Shown here: piece by piece, positions 39,895 to 49,195 of the stretch
How positions within the stretch are numbered: position 1 is the stretch's first letter
How the letters are laid out: the number at the start of each line of letters is the position of its first letter
Source: an uncultured beta proteobacterium
GTDB lineage: Bacteria; Pseudomonadota; Gammaproteobacteria; Burkholderiales; Burkholderiaceae_C
Direction of reading: 5' to 3'
DNA length: 64,000 nt
NCBI GenBank assembly: GCA_963732625.1
Contig: CAVTAM010000002.1
Coordinates: 31,807 to 95,806 of the forward strand
Program-made: the position numbers and the translations under genes
The notes under the pieces: model-generated
Databases searched by the model: none
Told to the model about the DNA's origin: nothing
Seen by the model: the letters and a program-made list of their open reading frames with translations, nothing else

Positions 39895-41127
39895 ATGAAG
39901 CCCGTTCTCAAGTCCAGCAAGCTCGCCAACGTCGGCTACGACATCCGCGGGCCGGTGCTCGACAAGGCGCGCCAGATGGAGGAAGAGGGCCACAAGATCA
40001 TCAAGTTGAACATCGGCAACATCGCCGCGTTCGGCCTGGAGCCGCCCGACGAGATCGTGCAGGACATGATCCGCAACCTCGGCTCGCAGGTGGCCGCGGG
40101 CTACACCGACAGCAAGGGCCTGTTCGCGCCGCGCAAGGCGGTGGTGCACTACACGCAGCAAAAACACGTGGCGGGGGTCGACGGTCGATGACGTCTACCT
40201 CGGCAACGGCGCCTCCGAGCTGATCGCGATGAGCATGAACGCGCTGCTCGACGCCGGCGACGAGGTGCTGATCCCGTCGCCGGACTATCCGCTGTACACC
40301 GCGGTGGTGTCGCTGTCGGGCGGCACGCCGGTGCACTACCAGTGCGACGAAGGCACGGGCTGGTTGCCCGACATCGCCGACATCAGGAAGAAGGTGACGC
40401 CGCGGACCAAGGCGATCGTCGTCATCAACCCGAACAACCCGACCGGCGCGCTGTACCCGGTGGAGTTGCTGCGCGAGATCGTCGAGGTGGCGCGCGCGCA
40501 CCAGTTGATCGTCGTCGCCGACGAGATCTACGACAAGACGCTGTACGACGGCGCCGAGCACACGAGCATCGCCTCGCTGGCCGACGACGTGCTGTACCGT
40601 CACCTTCAACGGCCTGTCGAAGAACTACCGCGCGTGCGGCTACCGCGCCGGCTGGATGGTGGTCTCGGGCGACAAGCGGCATGCGCGCGACTACATCGAG
40701 GGCCTGAACATGCTGGCCTCGATGCGCTTGTGCGCAAACACGCCGGGGCAGCTCGCGATCCAGACGGCGCTCGGCGGCTACCAGAGCATCAACGACCTGG
40801 TCGCGCCCGGCGGCCGCCTGTGCCGGCAGCGCGATCTGGCGTACGAGCTGCTGACGCAGATTCCGGGCGTGTCGCGTCGTCAAGCCGAAGGCGGCGCTGT
40901 ACATGTTCCCGCGCCTCGATCCGAAGCTCTACCCGGTCGCCGACGACCAGCAGTTCGCCTATGAACTGCTGGCCGAAGAAAAGGTGCTGATCGTGCAGGG
41001 CTCGGGCTTCAACGTGCCGGACAGCCAGCACTTTCGCGTCGTCTTTCTGCCGCACACCGACGACCTCACCGATGCGATCGGCCGCATCGCGCGCTTCCTC
41101 GATCACTACAGAAAACGACACTCATGA
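39895..41127 (+). CDS. alaA: Glutamate-pyruvate (alanine) aminotransferase AlaA. Three 1-nt insertions (about 40182, 40596, 40875).
   Basis: Four collinear frame segments reconstruct a full-length homolog of E. coli AlaA: MKPVLKSSKLANVGYDIRGPVL.. / ..DDVYLGNGASELI..INPNNPTGA.. / ..TFNGLSKNYRACGYRAGW..ASMRLCAN.. / ..KPKAALYMFPRLD... Confidence 0.9.
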
Positions 41128-42477
41128 TGAAACCGATTCAAGTCGGCCTGCTTGGCATCGGCACCGTCGGCAGCGGCACCTTTGCCGTGCTCGCGCGCAA
41201 CCAGGAAGAGATTCGCCGCCGCGCCGGCCGCGGCATCGAGATTGCGATGGTGGCCGACCTCGACACGGCGCGCGCCGAGAAGATCGTCGCCGGCCGCGCC
41301 AAGGTGGTCGCCGATGCGCGCGCGGTGATCGCCGACAAGAGCGATCGACATCGTCGTCGAGCTGATCGGCGGCTACGGCATCGCCAAGACGCTGGTGCTG
41401 GAAGCCATCGCCGCCGGCAAGCATGTCGTCACCGCCAACAAGGCGCTGCTCGCGGTGCATGGCAACGAGATCTTCGCCGCGGCGCAGAAGCAGCGCGTGA
41501 TGGTGGCCTTCGAGGCCGCGGTGGCCGGCGGCATCCCGATCATCAAGGCGCTGCGCGAGGGCCTGACGGCGAACCGCATCGAGTGGGTGGCCGGCATCAT
41601 CAACGGCACGACGAATTTCATCCTCTCGGAGATGCGCGCCAAGGGCTCGGACTTCGCGACGGTGCTGAAAGAAGCGCAGCGCCTCGGTTATGCCGAGGCC
41701 GACCCGACCTTCGACATCGAAGGTGTCGATGCGGCGCACAAGGCGACCATCCTGTCGGCGATCGCCTTCGGCGTGCCGGTGCAGTTCGACAAGGCGTATG
41801 TCGAAGGCATCACGAAGCTGCAGGCGGTGGACATCCGCTATGCCGAGCAGCTCGGCTACCGCATCAAGCTGCTCGGCATCACGCGCCGCCGTGACATGGG
41901 CATCGAGCTGCGCGTGCATCCGACGCTGATTCCGAGCAAGCGCCTGATCGCCAATGTCGAAGGCGCGATGAACGCCGTGCTCGTGCAGGCCGACGCCGTC
42001 GGCACGACGCTGTACTACGGCAAGGGTGCCGGCGCGGAACCGACGGCCAGCGCCGTGGTCGCAGACCTGGTGGACATCACCCGCCTGGCAACCGCCGACC
42101 CCGATCACCGCGTGCCGCACCTCGCGTTCCAGCCCGACGCGATGGCGGACACGCCGATCCTTGCGATCGAGCAGGTGGTCACCGCGTTTTACCTGCGCCT
42201 GGTCGTCGCCGACGAAGCCGGCGTGTTGTCGCGCATCACGACGATCCTCGCCGAGCACGAGATCTCGATCGATGCCGTGTTGCAGCGTGAATCGGCCGAA
42301 GGCGAGCGCCAGACCGACCTCATCATCCTGACGCACGACACCGTCGAAGGCCGCATGCGGCAGGCGCTGGCGAAGATGCAGGCGCTGCCGACGGTGCTGG
42401 CGCCGATCGTCTCCATCCGCAAGGAAGAGTTGGCTGAAGTACGTGGCTTCCCGCCGCGAGGAACACTCCATGCCTGA
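41124..42477 (+). CDS. hom: Homoserine dehydrogenase. One 1-nt insertion near 41343.
   Basis: The ATG at 41124 overlaps the alaA stop (ATGA). MMKPIQVGLLGIGTVGSG... continues in ORF 41395..42477 (..IDIVVELIGG..VVTANKALLA..AVAGGIPIIKAL.. and a C-terminal ACT domain). About 14 extra residues follow ..SIRKEEL. Confidence 0.9.
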
Positions 42478-43804
42478 AGTCCCGTCCTACGACGCGCTCT
42501 ACGACGCCCTCGAAACCGAGCGGCCGCTCGACTACAGCGTCAAGGCCGACAAAGCATCGTATGTGGAAGGCCTGCACAAGGTCGAGGGCATCAATCCCGC
42601 CGACGAGATGTTGCTGCAGATCAAGCGCGCCAAGGCCGGCGGCGTTTGGTTTTTTACCGGCCATCGCGGCGTCGGCAAATCAACCGAGCTGTTGCGCGTG
42701 GCGCATGAGCTTCGACAGGACAACCGCATCGTCGTCTTCGCCGACATGGGCCGGTACATGAACTTGGCCGACGAGATCAGTATCGAACTGCTGCTCCTGA
42801 CGATGACCTATGCCTTGTCGCTGGAAGCCGAGCGCTTGCTGGGCGCCAATCCGCTGGCGCGCGGATATGTCCAGCGCCTGAAAGATTTCTTCACCGGCAC
42901 GAAAGTGGAGTTGTCGGAACTGGGGTTGTCGGTGGGCACCGACGCGGCCAAAGCCGAGGCCAAGTTCCGCCTGCGTGACGACCCGGGCTTGCGCGAGCGT
43001 GTGGTCGAGGCGGCACAAGCTTCCTTGGGTGCGTTCGTGACCGATGTCCGAACCTATGTCGCCGACTTGCTCGCCAACCTGAACCTGGCACACCCGAAAC
43101 GAAAGGTCGTGCTTATCCTGGACTCGCTGGAGAAGTTGCGCATCAGCGGCACCGACGCGGAGCAGCGTTACGACGCCATCCAGAAGACCTTCGCCGTCTA
43201 TGCCGATCACCTGAAGTTCGACGGCATTTCGGTGGTCTACAGCATTCCGCCTTACTTGCCTTATCTGGTGCCGGGCATCGGCTCGTACTTCGGTGTCAGC
43301 GTGTGCACGTTGCCGCATGTCAAGGTGTTCGAGCGTCCGACGGCCGGTGCACCTCGCGACGCCCGACACCAGCCGGGTGTCGATTTCATGGTCGAGAGCC
43401 TGCGTCGTCGCTATGTGGCTTGCGAATCTGTGATCGATCGCTCACACCTCGAAGAGCTGGCCTTGGCGTCGAGCGGCAGTCTGCGCGACTTTTACCGCTT
43501 GGTGCGATCCCTGCGCACCAAGGCGCCACTGGCCAAAGAGCCGATTCCGATGCGCAATTCGAAGTGGACCGAGGCGGTGCAGAACGACTTGCGCAGCGAG
43601 ATGCCCCTGGCCCGTGAAGACATTGTCTGGCTCAAGGAAGTTCGGCTGTCGTTCGACACAGGCCTGCAGAAGCCCGAAGACCTTCCCAAGCTGGCGCGTA
43701 TGTTCGACAACAGCTTGATCCTCGGCTATCGCAACAGTCGTGAGTGGTGCGACGTGCACTACCTTCTGCGCCAGCAGGTTGACGACGCACCGGGGGCCGC
43801 CTGA
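42470..43804 (+). CDS. P-loop NTPase of unknown family (cassette gene 1)
   Basis: ORF 42443..43804. The ATG at 42470 follows GAGGA and overlaps the hom stop (ATGCCTGA). Walker A FFTGHRGVGKSTELL and a Walker-B-like KVVLILDSLEKL. I recognise no other domain. Confidence 0.6.
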   Translation: MPEVPSYDALYDALETERPLDYSVKADKASYVEGLHKVEGINPADEMLLQIKRAKAGGVWFFTGHRGVGKSTELLRVAHELRQDNRIVVFADMGRYMNLADEISIELLLLTMTYALSLEAERLLGANPLARGYVQRLKDFFTGTKVELSELGLSVGTDAAKAEAKFRLRDDPGLRERVVEAAQASLGAFVTDVRTYVADLLANLNLAHPKRKVVLILDSLEKLRISGTDAEQRYDAIQKTFAVYADHLKFDGISVVYSIPPYLPYLVPGIGSYFGVSVCTLPHVKVFERPTAGAPRDARHQPGVDFMVESLRRRYVACESVIDRSHLEELALASSGSLRDFYRLVRSLRTKAPLAKEPIPMRNSKWTEAVQNDLRSEMPLAREDIVWLKEVRLSFDTGLQKPEDLPKLARMFDNSLILGYRNSREWCDVHYLLRQQVDDAPGAA

Positions 43805-43824
43805 GACGGGCTGCCCTGCCAGCG

Positions 43825-44433
43825 ATGAGCCAGGACGACTTCTACGCTGCGGCCGATACTCAGAGCGCTGACTCGGTATGGGCCGAGTTCAACCTGCACT
43901 TGCAACGCAGCAAGGGCTTCTGCCTGGTGTTTCTTTGCTCCGACTCGCCGCGCACGCTCGAATGGTTGCGCGTGCGTCTGGATGACACGTGGACGTGGCG
44001 CACGGCGCCGTTGGTGCTGCTGAGGCCCGAGTCGGCTTCGGGGGCTGCGCGGGAAATTCTTCTGCGCCTTCAACAGGAGGTGGGCGACCGTCCCGCGGTG
44101 CGCTCGCCTGTGTGGATCGATCTGGCGACGGTGGACAGCGCGCAAGGGCACGACTGGAACACCGCTCGCGGTGAAGTGATGTCGCGCCTGAATGAGTGGC
44201 GCAGTTGGCTGCAGGCGGAATTCAAGCGCCCCCTGGTCTTTGCGTTGCCGTTGGTTTGGCGGCGTCGAATGGCGCAGGTGGCGCCCGATTTGTGGCACGT
44301 GCGCACGTACAGCGCGGCAGTGGCGCATCTGCCCGCCATCGAGGCAAGAGACAGCGGGCCGCAGCATGCGGCGATCGGCGAGGCGCTGGATCGCCTGGCT
44401 CATCACGGCTCGCGTTCCGAGGCGTTGGAATAG
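43825..44433 (+). CDS. Hypothetical protein (cassette gene 2), possibly the N-terminal domain of the downstream repeat protein
   Basis: ORF 43825..44433. It is in the same reading frame as ORF 44446.., separated only by TAG (44431-44433) and four codons. No motif recognised with certainty. Confidence 0.5.
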   Translation: MSQDDFYAAADTQSADSVWAEFNLHLQRSKGFCLVFLCSDSPRTLEWLRVRLDDTWTWRTAPLVLLRPESASGAAREILLRLQQEVGDRPAVRSPVWIDLATVDSAQGHDWNTARGEVMSRLNEWRSWLQAEFKRPLVFALPLVWRRRMAQVAPDLWHVRTYSAAVAHLPAIEARDSGPQHAAIGEALDRLAHHGSRSEALE

Positions 44434-44445
44434 GCTGGCTCGACC

Positions 44446-46195
44446 GTGCAGTCATTGCTCGAACGCGGGGATGCGGCGTCCGCGCTGGCGTTGGCGCAAG
44501 GCATGGTGGCGAGGTCGCGTGGTGACCTCGATACCGGCACCAAGCCAGGGACTCGCCGCGATCTGTCGGTGAGTCTGAACAAGCTGGGCGATGCGCAGCG
44601 CGACGCCGGGCAAACCGGCGACGCGCTGGCGGCGTACCGCGAGAGCTTGGAGATCAGCCGCGAGCTGCGGCGCAACTCGGCGACAGCCCGGCGTGCTGCG
44701 CGACCTGTCGGTGAGCCTTGAGAAGCTGGGCAATGCGCGGCGCGGCGCAGGGCAAACCGGCGAGGCGCTGGCCGCGTACCGGGAGAGCCTGGAGATCAGA
44801 CGCGAGCTGCGGCGCCAACTCGGCGACAGCCCCGGCGTGCTGCGCGATCTGTCGGTGAGTCTGAGCAAGCTTGGCGATGCGCAGCGCGACGCCGGGCGAA
44901 CCGGCGACGCGCTGGCGGCGTACCGGGAGAGCTTGGAGATCAGCCGCGAGCTGCGGCGCCAACTCGGCGACAGCCCGGGTGTGCTGCGCGATCTGTCGGT
45001 GAGCCTTGAGAAGCTGGGCAATGCGCGGCGCGGCGCCGGGCAAACCGGCGAGGCGCTGGTCGCGTACCGCGAGAGCCTGGAGATCAGCCGCGAGCTGCGG
45101 CGCCAACTCGGCGACAGCCCCGGCGTGCTGCGCGATCTGTCGGTGAGCCTGAACAAGCTGGGTGATGCGCAGCGCGACGCCGGGCAAACCGGCGAGGCGC
45201 TGGCCGCGTACCGCGAGAGCCTGGAGATCGGCCGCGAGCTGCGGCGCCAACTCGGCGACAGCCCGGGTGTGCTGCGCGATCTGTCGGTGAGTCTGGTCAA
45301 GCTGGGCGATGCGCAGAGCGATGCCGGGAAAGCCGGCGAGGCGCTGGCAGCGTACCGGGAGAGCCTGGAGATCAGCCGCGAGCTGCGGCGCCAACTCGGC
45401 GACAGCCCCGGCGTGCTGCGCGATCTGTCGGTGAGTCTGGTCAACGTGGGTGATGTGCAGAGCGATGCCGGGCAAGCCGGCGAGGCGCTGGCAGCGTACC
45501 GGGAGAGCCTGGAGATCAGCCGCGAGCTGCGGCGCCAACTCGGCGACAGCCCCGGCGTGCTGCGCGATCTGTCGGTGAGTCTGGTCAAGCTGGGCGACGC
45601 GCAACACGACGCAGGGCAAGCCGGCGAGGCGCTGGCCGCGTACCGCGAGAGCCTGGAGATCGGCCGCGAGCTGCGGCGCCAACTCGGCGACAGCCCGGGT
45701 GCGCTGCGCGATCTGTCGGTGAGCTTGATCCGGCTGGGCGATGCGCAGAGCGATGCCGGGAAAGCCGGCGAGGCGCTGGCAGCGTACCGGGAGAGCCTGG
45801 AGATCAGCCGCGAGCTGCGGCGCCAACTAGGCGACCGCCCCGGCGTCCTGCGCGATCTGTCGATGAGCCTTGAGAAGCTGGGCGATGCGCAGCGCGACGC
45901 CGGGCCAGCCGGCGAAGCGCTGGCCGCGTACCGGGAGAGCCTGGAGATCAGGCGCGAGCTGCGGCGCCAACTCGGCGACAGCCCTGGCGTGCTCGACGAT
46001 TTGGCGGTGAGCTTGGAGCGGATTGCCGCGTTTGGTGGGGCTGGCGCTGATGCGCCGGCGTTGATTGCGGAGGCGGTGGCGCTGCGTGAGCGCTTGGCGC
46101 AAGCGTTTGCAGGGGTAGAGCGCTGGCACAAGCGCTTGGCCGTGGCACGATCGATTCAGCAGCGAATTCAACAGCCAACCTCGAAGGTGACGTAG
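44446..46195 (+). CDS. TPR-like helical-repeat protein, about 10.5 tandem 48-aa units (cassette gene 3). Two 1-nt deletions (about 44673 and 44689).
   Basis: The frame of ORF 44446..44721 joins ORF 44591..46195. The unit LGDSPGVLRDLSVSLxKLGDAQxDAGxxGEALAAYRESLEIxRELRRQ resembles kinesin-light-chain-type TPRs but is 48 aa long. GTG start with no obvious Shine-Dalgarno. Confidence 0.7.
44556..46010 (+). repeat. Tandem 144-bp coding repeat array (about 10 units)
   Basis: The CTCGGCGAC unit marker recurs at 44819, 44963, 45107, 45251, 45395, 45539, 45683, 45827 and 45971, an exact 144-bp period. Units are near-identical at the DNA level. Confidence 0.95.
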
Positions 46196-47651
46196 TTGCG
46201 ATACCTCAGACGCGCGGCGACACAACCGAGCGGGCGTTCTGCGACATCCTGCTCGAAGGCCTCGCGCCCGATGGCGGCTTGTACATGCCGGTTTCGTACC
46301 CGCAGGTCAATGCTGCGACGCTCGCGCGTTGGCGCGATCTGCCGTATGCCGACCTGGCGTTCGAGATCCTCTCGCTCTACATCGACGACATTCCTGCCGA
46401 CGATCTGCGTGCGATTTGCCGGCGCGTGTATTCAAAGGCGATCTTCGGCACCGACGCGATCACGCCGCTGAAGCCGCTCGACAACGGCGTCGCGCTGGTT
46501 GCCTTGTCCAACGGCCCGACGCTCGCCTTCAAGGACATGGCGATGCAGCTGCTCGGCGCGCTGTTCGAATACGAGCTGGCGCGCCGCGGTGCAAACGCTG
46601 AACATCCTCGGCGCGACGTCGGGCGACACCGGCAGCGCGGCCGAGTACGCGATGCGCGGCAAGCGCGGCATCAACGTCTTCATGCTGAGCCCGAACGGCC
46701 GCATGAGCCCATTCCAGCAGGCACAGATGTTCAGCCTGCAGGACGCCAACATCCACAACCTCGCGGTCGAGGGCGTGTTCGACGATTGCCAGGACATCGT
46801 CAAGGCGGTCGGCAACGATCTGCCGTTCAAGCGCACGCATCGCATCGGCACGGTGAACTCGATCAACTGGGCGCGGCTGATGGCGCAGGTCGTGTACTAC
46901 TTTGCGGCGTACTTCATGACCCCAAGCTCAGCTTCGCTTCGCGGCCCCCCGAGGGGGCGTCGCCGCCTTGGGGCGGCCCGGCGGCGGCGGGCAAGGCGGA
47001 GCAGGTGGACTTCGCCGTGCCGAGCGGCAACTTCGGCAACATCTGCGCCGGCCATGTCGCGCGCATGATGGGCCTGCCGATCGGGCACCTCATCTGCGCG
47101 ACCAACGAGAACGACGTGCTCGACGAGTTCTTCCGCAGCGGCGTCTACCGCCCACGCGGTGCGGCCAGCAGACACACGAGACCTCGAGCCCGTCGATGGA
47201 TATTTCCAAGGCGAGCAACTTCGAGCGCTTCGTGTTCGACCTGCTCGGCCGCGACGGCGCGCGCATCAAGCAGCTCTTCACGCAGCCGAGCTTCACGTTG
47301 ACGCCACAAGAACACGCGCGCGTCGCCGAATTCGGCTTCGTCTCCGGCCGCAGCACCCATGCCGACCGCCTGGCGACGATCCGCGAGACGTGGCAGCGCT
47401 CGCAGACGGTGATCGACACGCACACCGCCGACGGCTTGAAGGTCGCGCGCCAGCACCAGCGCGCCGGCGTGCCGATGCTCGTGCTCGAAACCGCGCTGCC
47501 GGCGAAGTTCGCGGCAACGATCCGCGAGGCGCTCGGCCGAGAGCCCGATCGGCCAGCCGGATTCGAAGGGATCGAGAACCTACCCAAGCGCTTCACCGTA
47601 CTGCCGGCCGATGTCAGCGTCATCAAGCGCTACATCGAAACCCATGTCTAG
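46196..47651 (+). CDS. thrC: Threonine synthase. Four frame changes (about 46209, 46590, 46915-46995, 47168).
   Basis: The TTG at 46196 directly follows the TAG of the repeat gene and is preceded by GAAGGTGA. Segments MRYL/STRGDTTERAFCDILLEGLAPDGGLYMP..SNGPTLAFKDMAMQLLG / TLNILGATSGDTGSAAEYA..INWARLMAQVVYYF / VDFAVPSGNFGNICAGHVARMMGLPI..ATNENDVLDEFF / THETSSPSMDISKASNFERF.. reconstruct ThrC. Confidence 0.85.
46920..46973. repeat. REP-like GC-rich palindrome embedded in the thrC reading frame
   Basis: ccccaagctcagcttcgcttcgcggccccccgagggggcgtcgccgccttgggg has an outer stem ccccaag/cttgggg and an inner stem gccccc/gggggc. It is homologous to the reverse complement of 16005-16055. It occupies the short linker between YYF.. 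and ..VPSGNFGN of ThrC. Confidence 0.55.
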
Positions 47652-48879
47652 CCTATTGCCGCTTGACGAAGCGCTGGCGCGTTTGATCGATGGCGCGCAC
47701 GCGGCGCGCATCACTGACACCGAAGCCGTCTCCACCTTCGACGCGCTCGGCCGCGTGCTGGCGCAAGACGTGGTCTCGCCGATCGACGTGCCGCCGCAGG
47801 ACAACACGTCGATGGATGGCTATGCGCTGCGCGCCGCCGACGTTCGCACCGCCGGCACGGTGCTGCCGGTGTCGCAGCGCATCGCGGCCGGGCATGTCGG
47901 CGCCGCGTTGCTGTCCGGAACAGCCGCGCGCATCTTTACCGGCGCACAGGTGCCCGCAGGCGCCGACGCGATCGTGATGCAGGAACAGTGCGAGCTGGCG
48001 GGCGACAACAGCGTGCGCGTCAACGCTGTGCCGCAAGCAGGGCAGTGGATTCGCCGCCGCGGTGAAGACGTGCGCGCTGGCTCGACGGTGCTGGCGCGCG
48101 GTACGCGCATCACACCGCAGGCGCAGGGCCTTGCTGCCACGGTCGGCGCCGCCGCGCTGCAAGTCGTGCGCCGGCCGCGCGTCGCGCTGTTCTCCACCGG
48201 CGACGAACTCGTCATGCCCGGCACCGTGGCGCCGCAGGACCTGCCGCCGGGTGCCATCTACAACTCCAACCGCTACACGCTGCGCGGTCTGCTGCAAGCC
48301 GCGGGTTGCGAGGTCACCGATCTCGGCATCGTGCCGGATCAGCTCGACGCCACACGCGAGGCATTGCGTACCGCGGCGAAAGACAATGACCTGATCCTCA
48401 CCTCCGGCGGTGTCTCCGTCGGCGAGGAGGATCACATCCGCCCCGCGCTCGATGCCGAAGGCCGCGTCGCGTTGTGGCAGGTCGCCATCAAACCCGGCAA
48501 GCCGCTGGCGTTCGGCGCGGTGCGCCGCGATGGGACCAGCGAGGCGCTGTTCGTCGGCCTGCCCGGCAACCCGGTGTCGAGTTTCGTGACCTTCCTTCTT
48601 GCCGTGGCGCCGCTGTTGCGCGCACTGCAAGGCGCCGACGCGGCGCTGCCGCGCGCGTTGCCGATGCGCGCCGACTTCGACTGGGCGCGCCCGGACAAGC
48701 GCCGCGAATTCCTGCGCGTGCGTTGCAATGCAGACGGCGGGCTCGACCTGTTCGCCAACCAGAGTTCGGGCGTGCTCACCTCGGCGGTGTGGGCCGACGG
48801 CCTGCTCGACAACCCGCCGCTGCAGCCGATCGCGCGTGGCGACAGCGTGCGCTACCTGCCGATGAGCGCGCTGATCTGA
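47644..48879 (+). CDS. moeA: Molybdopterin molybdenumtransferase MoeA (copy 2)
   Basis: In ORF 47611..48879. The ATG at 47644 overlaps the thrC stop (ATGTCTAG). MSSLLPLDEALARL..PPQDNTSMDGYAL..FSTGDEL..TSGGVSVGEEDH..LPGNPVS. Confidence 0.9.
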   Translation: MSSLLPLDEALARLIDGAHAARITDTEAVSTFDALGRVLAQDVVSPIDVPPQDNTSMDGYALRAADVRTAGTVLPVSQRIAAGHVGAALLSGTAARIFTGAQVPAGADAIVMQEQCELAGDNSVRVNAVPQAGQWIRRRGEDVRAGSTVLARGTRITPQAQGLAATVGAAALQVVRRPRVALFSTGDELVMPGTVAPQDLPPGAIYNSNRYTLRGLLQAAGCEVTDLGIVPDQLDATREALRTAAKDNDLILTSGGVSVGEEDHIRPALDAEGRVALWQVAIKPGKPLAFGAVRRDGTSEALFVGLPGNPVSSFVTFLLAVAPLLRALQGADAALPRALPMRADFDWARPDKRREFLRVRCNADGGLDLFANQSSGVLTSAVWADGLLDNPPLQPIARGDSVRYLPMSALI

Positions 48880-48881
48880 AG

Positions 48882-49133
48882 ATGTTGATCCAACTGCGCT
48901 ACTTCGCCTCGCTGCGCGAGGCCCTCGGCCAAGGCGAGACGATCGAGTTGCCGCCCGGCTCAACGGTGGCCAGCGCGCGCGACGCGCTGATCGCGCGCGG
49001 CGGCGCGCACGCGCAGCTGCTGGCGCGTGGCCGCGCGCTGCGCTGCGCACTCGACCAGCAGATGGCCGACGAACATCAGCCGCTGCATGCCGACGCCGAG
49101 TTGGCCTTCTTTCCTCCCGTTACCGGCGGCTGA
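48882..49133 (+). CDS. moaD: Molybdopterin synthase sulfur-carrier subunit MoaD
   Basis: In frame in ORF 48474..49133. MLIQLRYFASLREALG... ends in FFPPVTGG (the Gly-Gly C-terminus). Confidence 0.85.
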   Translation: MLIQLRYFASLREALGQGETIELPPGSTVASARDALIARGGAHAQLLARGRALRCALDQQMADEHQPLHADAELAFFPPVTGG

Positions 49134-49195
49134 CGAGGGGCGAGCGCTTTGCCCGATCAGCTACCCTTGCCACCGTCGCTACTGCTGCCCGTTCG

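Noticed and set aside
44556-46010. Possible CRISPR array or non-coding satellite because of the regular repeats
   Set aside because: The repeats are contiguous with no unique spacers. The period is 144 bp (a multiple of 3), they are in frame, and they encode a coherent helical repeat. No cas genes are present.
44452-46131. 559-aa and 390-aa minus-strand ORFs across the repeat array
   Set aside because: They are mirror images of the 144-bp coding repeat. The plus-strand frame gives an amphipathic TPR-like two-helix unit and continues into a non-repetitive C-terminus. The antisense translation is Ser/Arg/Pro low complexity.
39895-47651. Frame changes as programmed ribosomal frameshifts or as evidence of pseudogenes/genome decay
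   Set aside because: There are no slippery heptamers or stimulatory structures at the sites. Several essential genes carry multiple hits each, and residue conservation is intact on both sides. Sequencing or assembly error is the simpler explanation, although it is unproven without reads.
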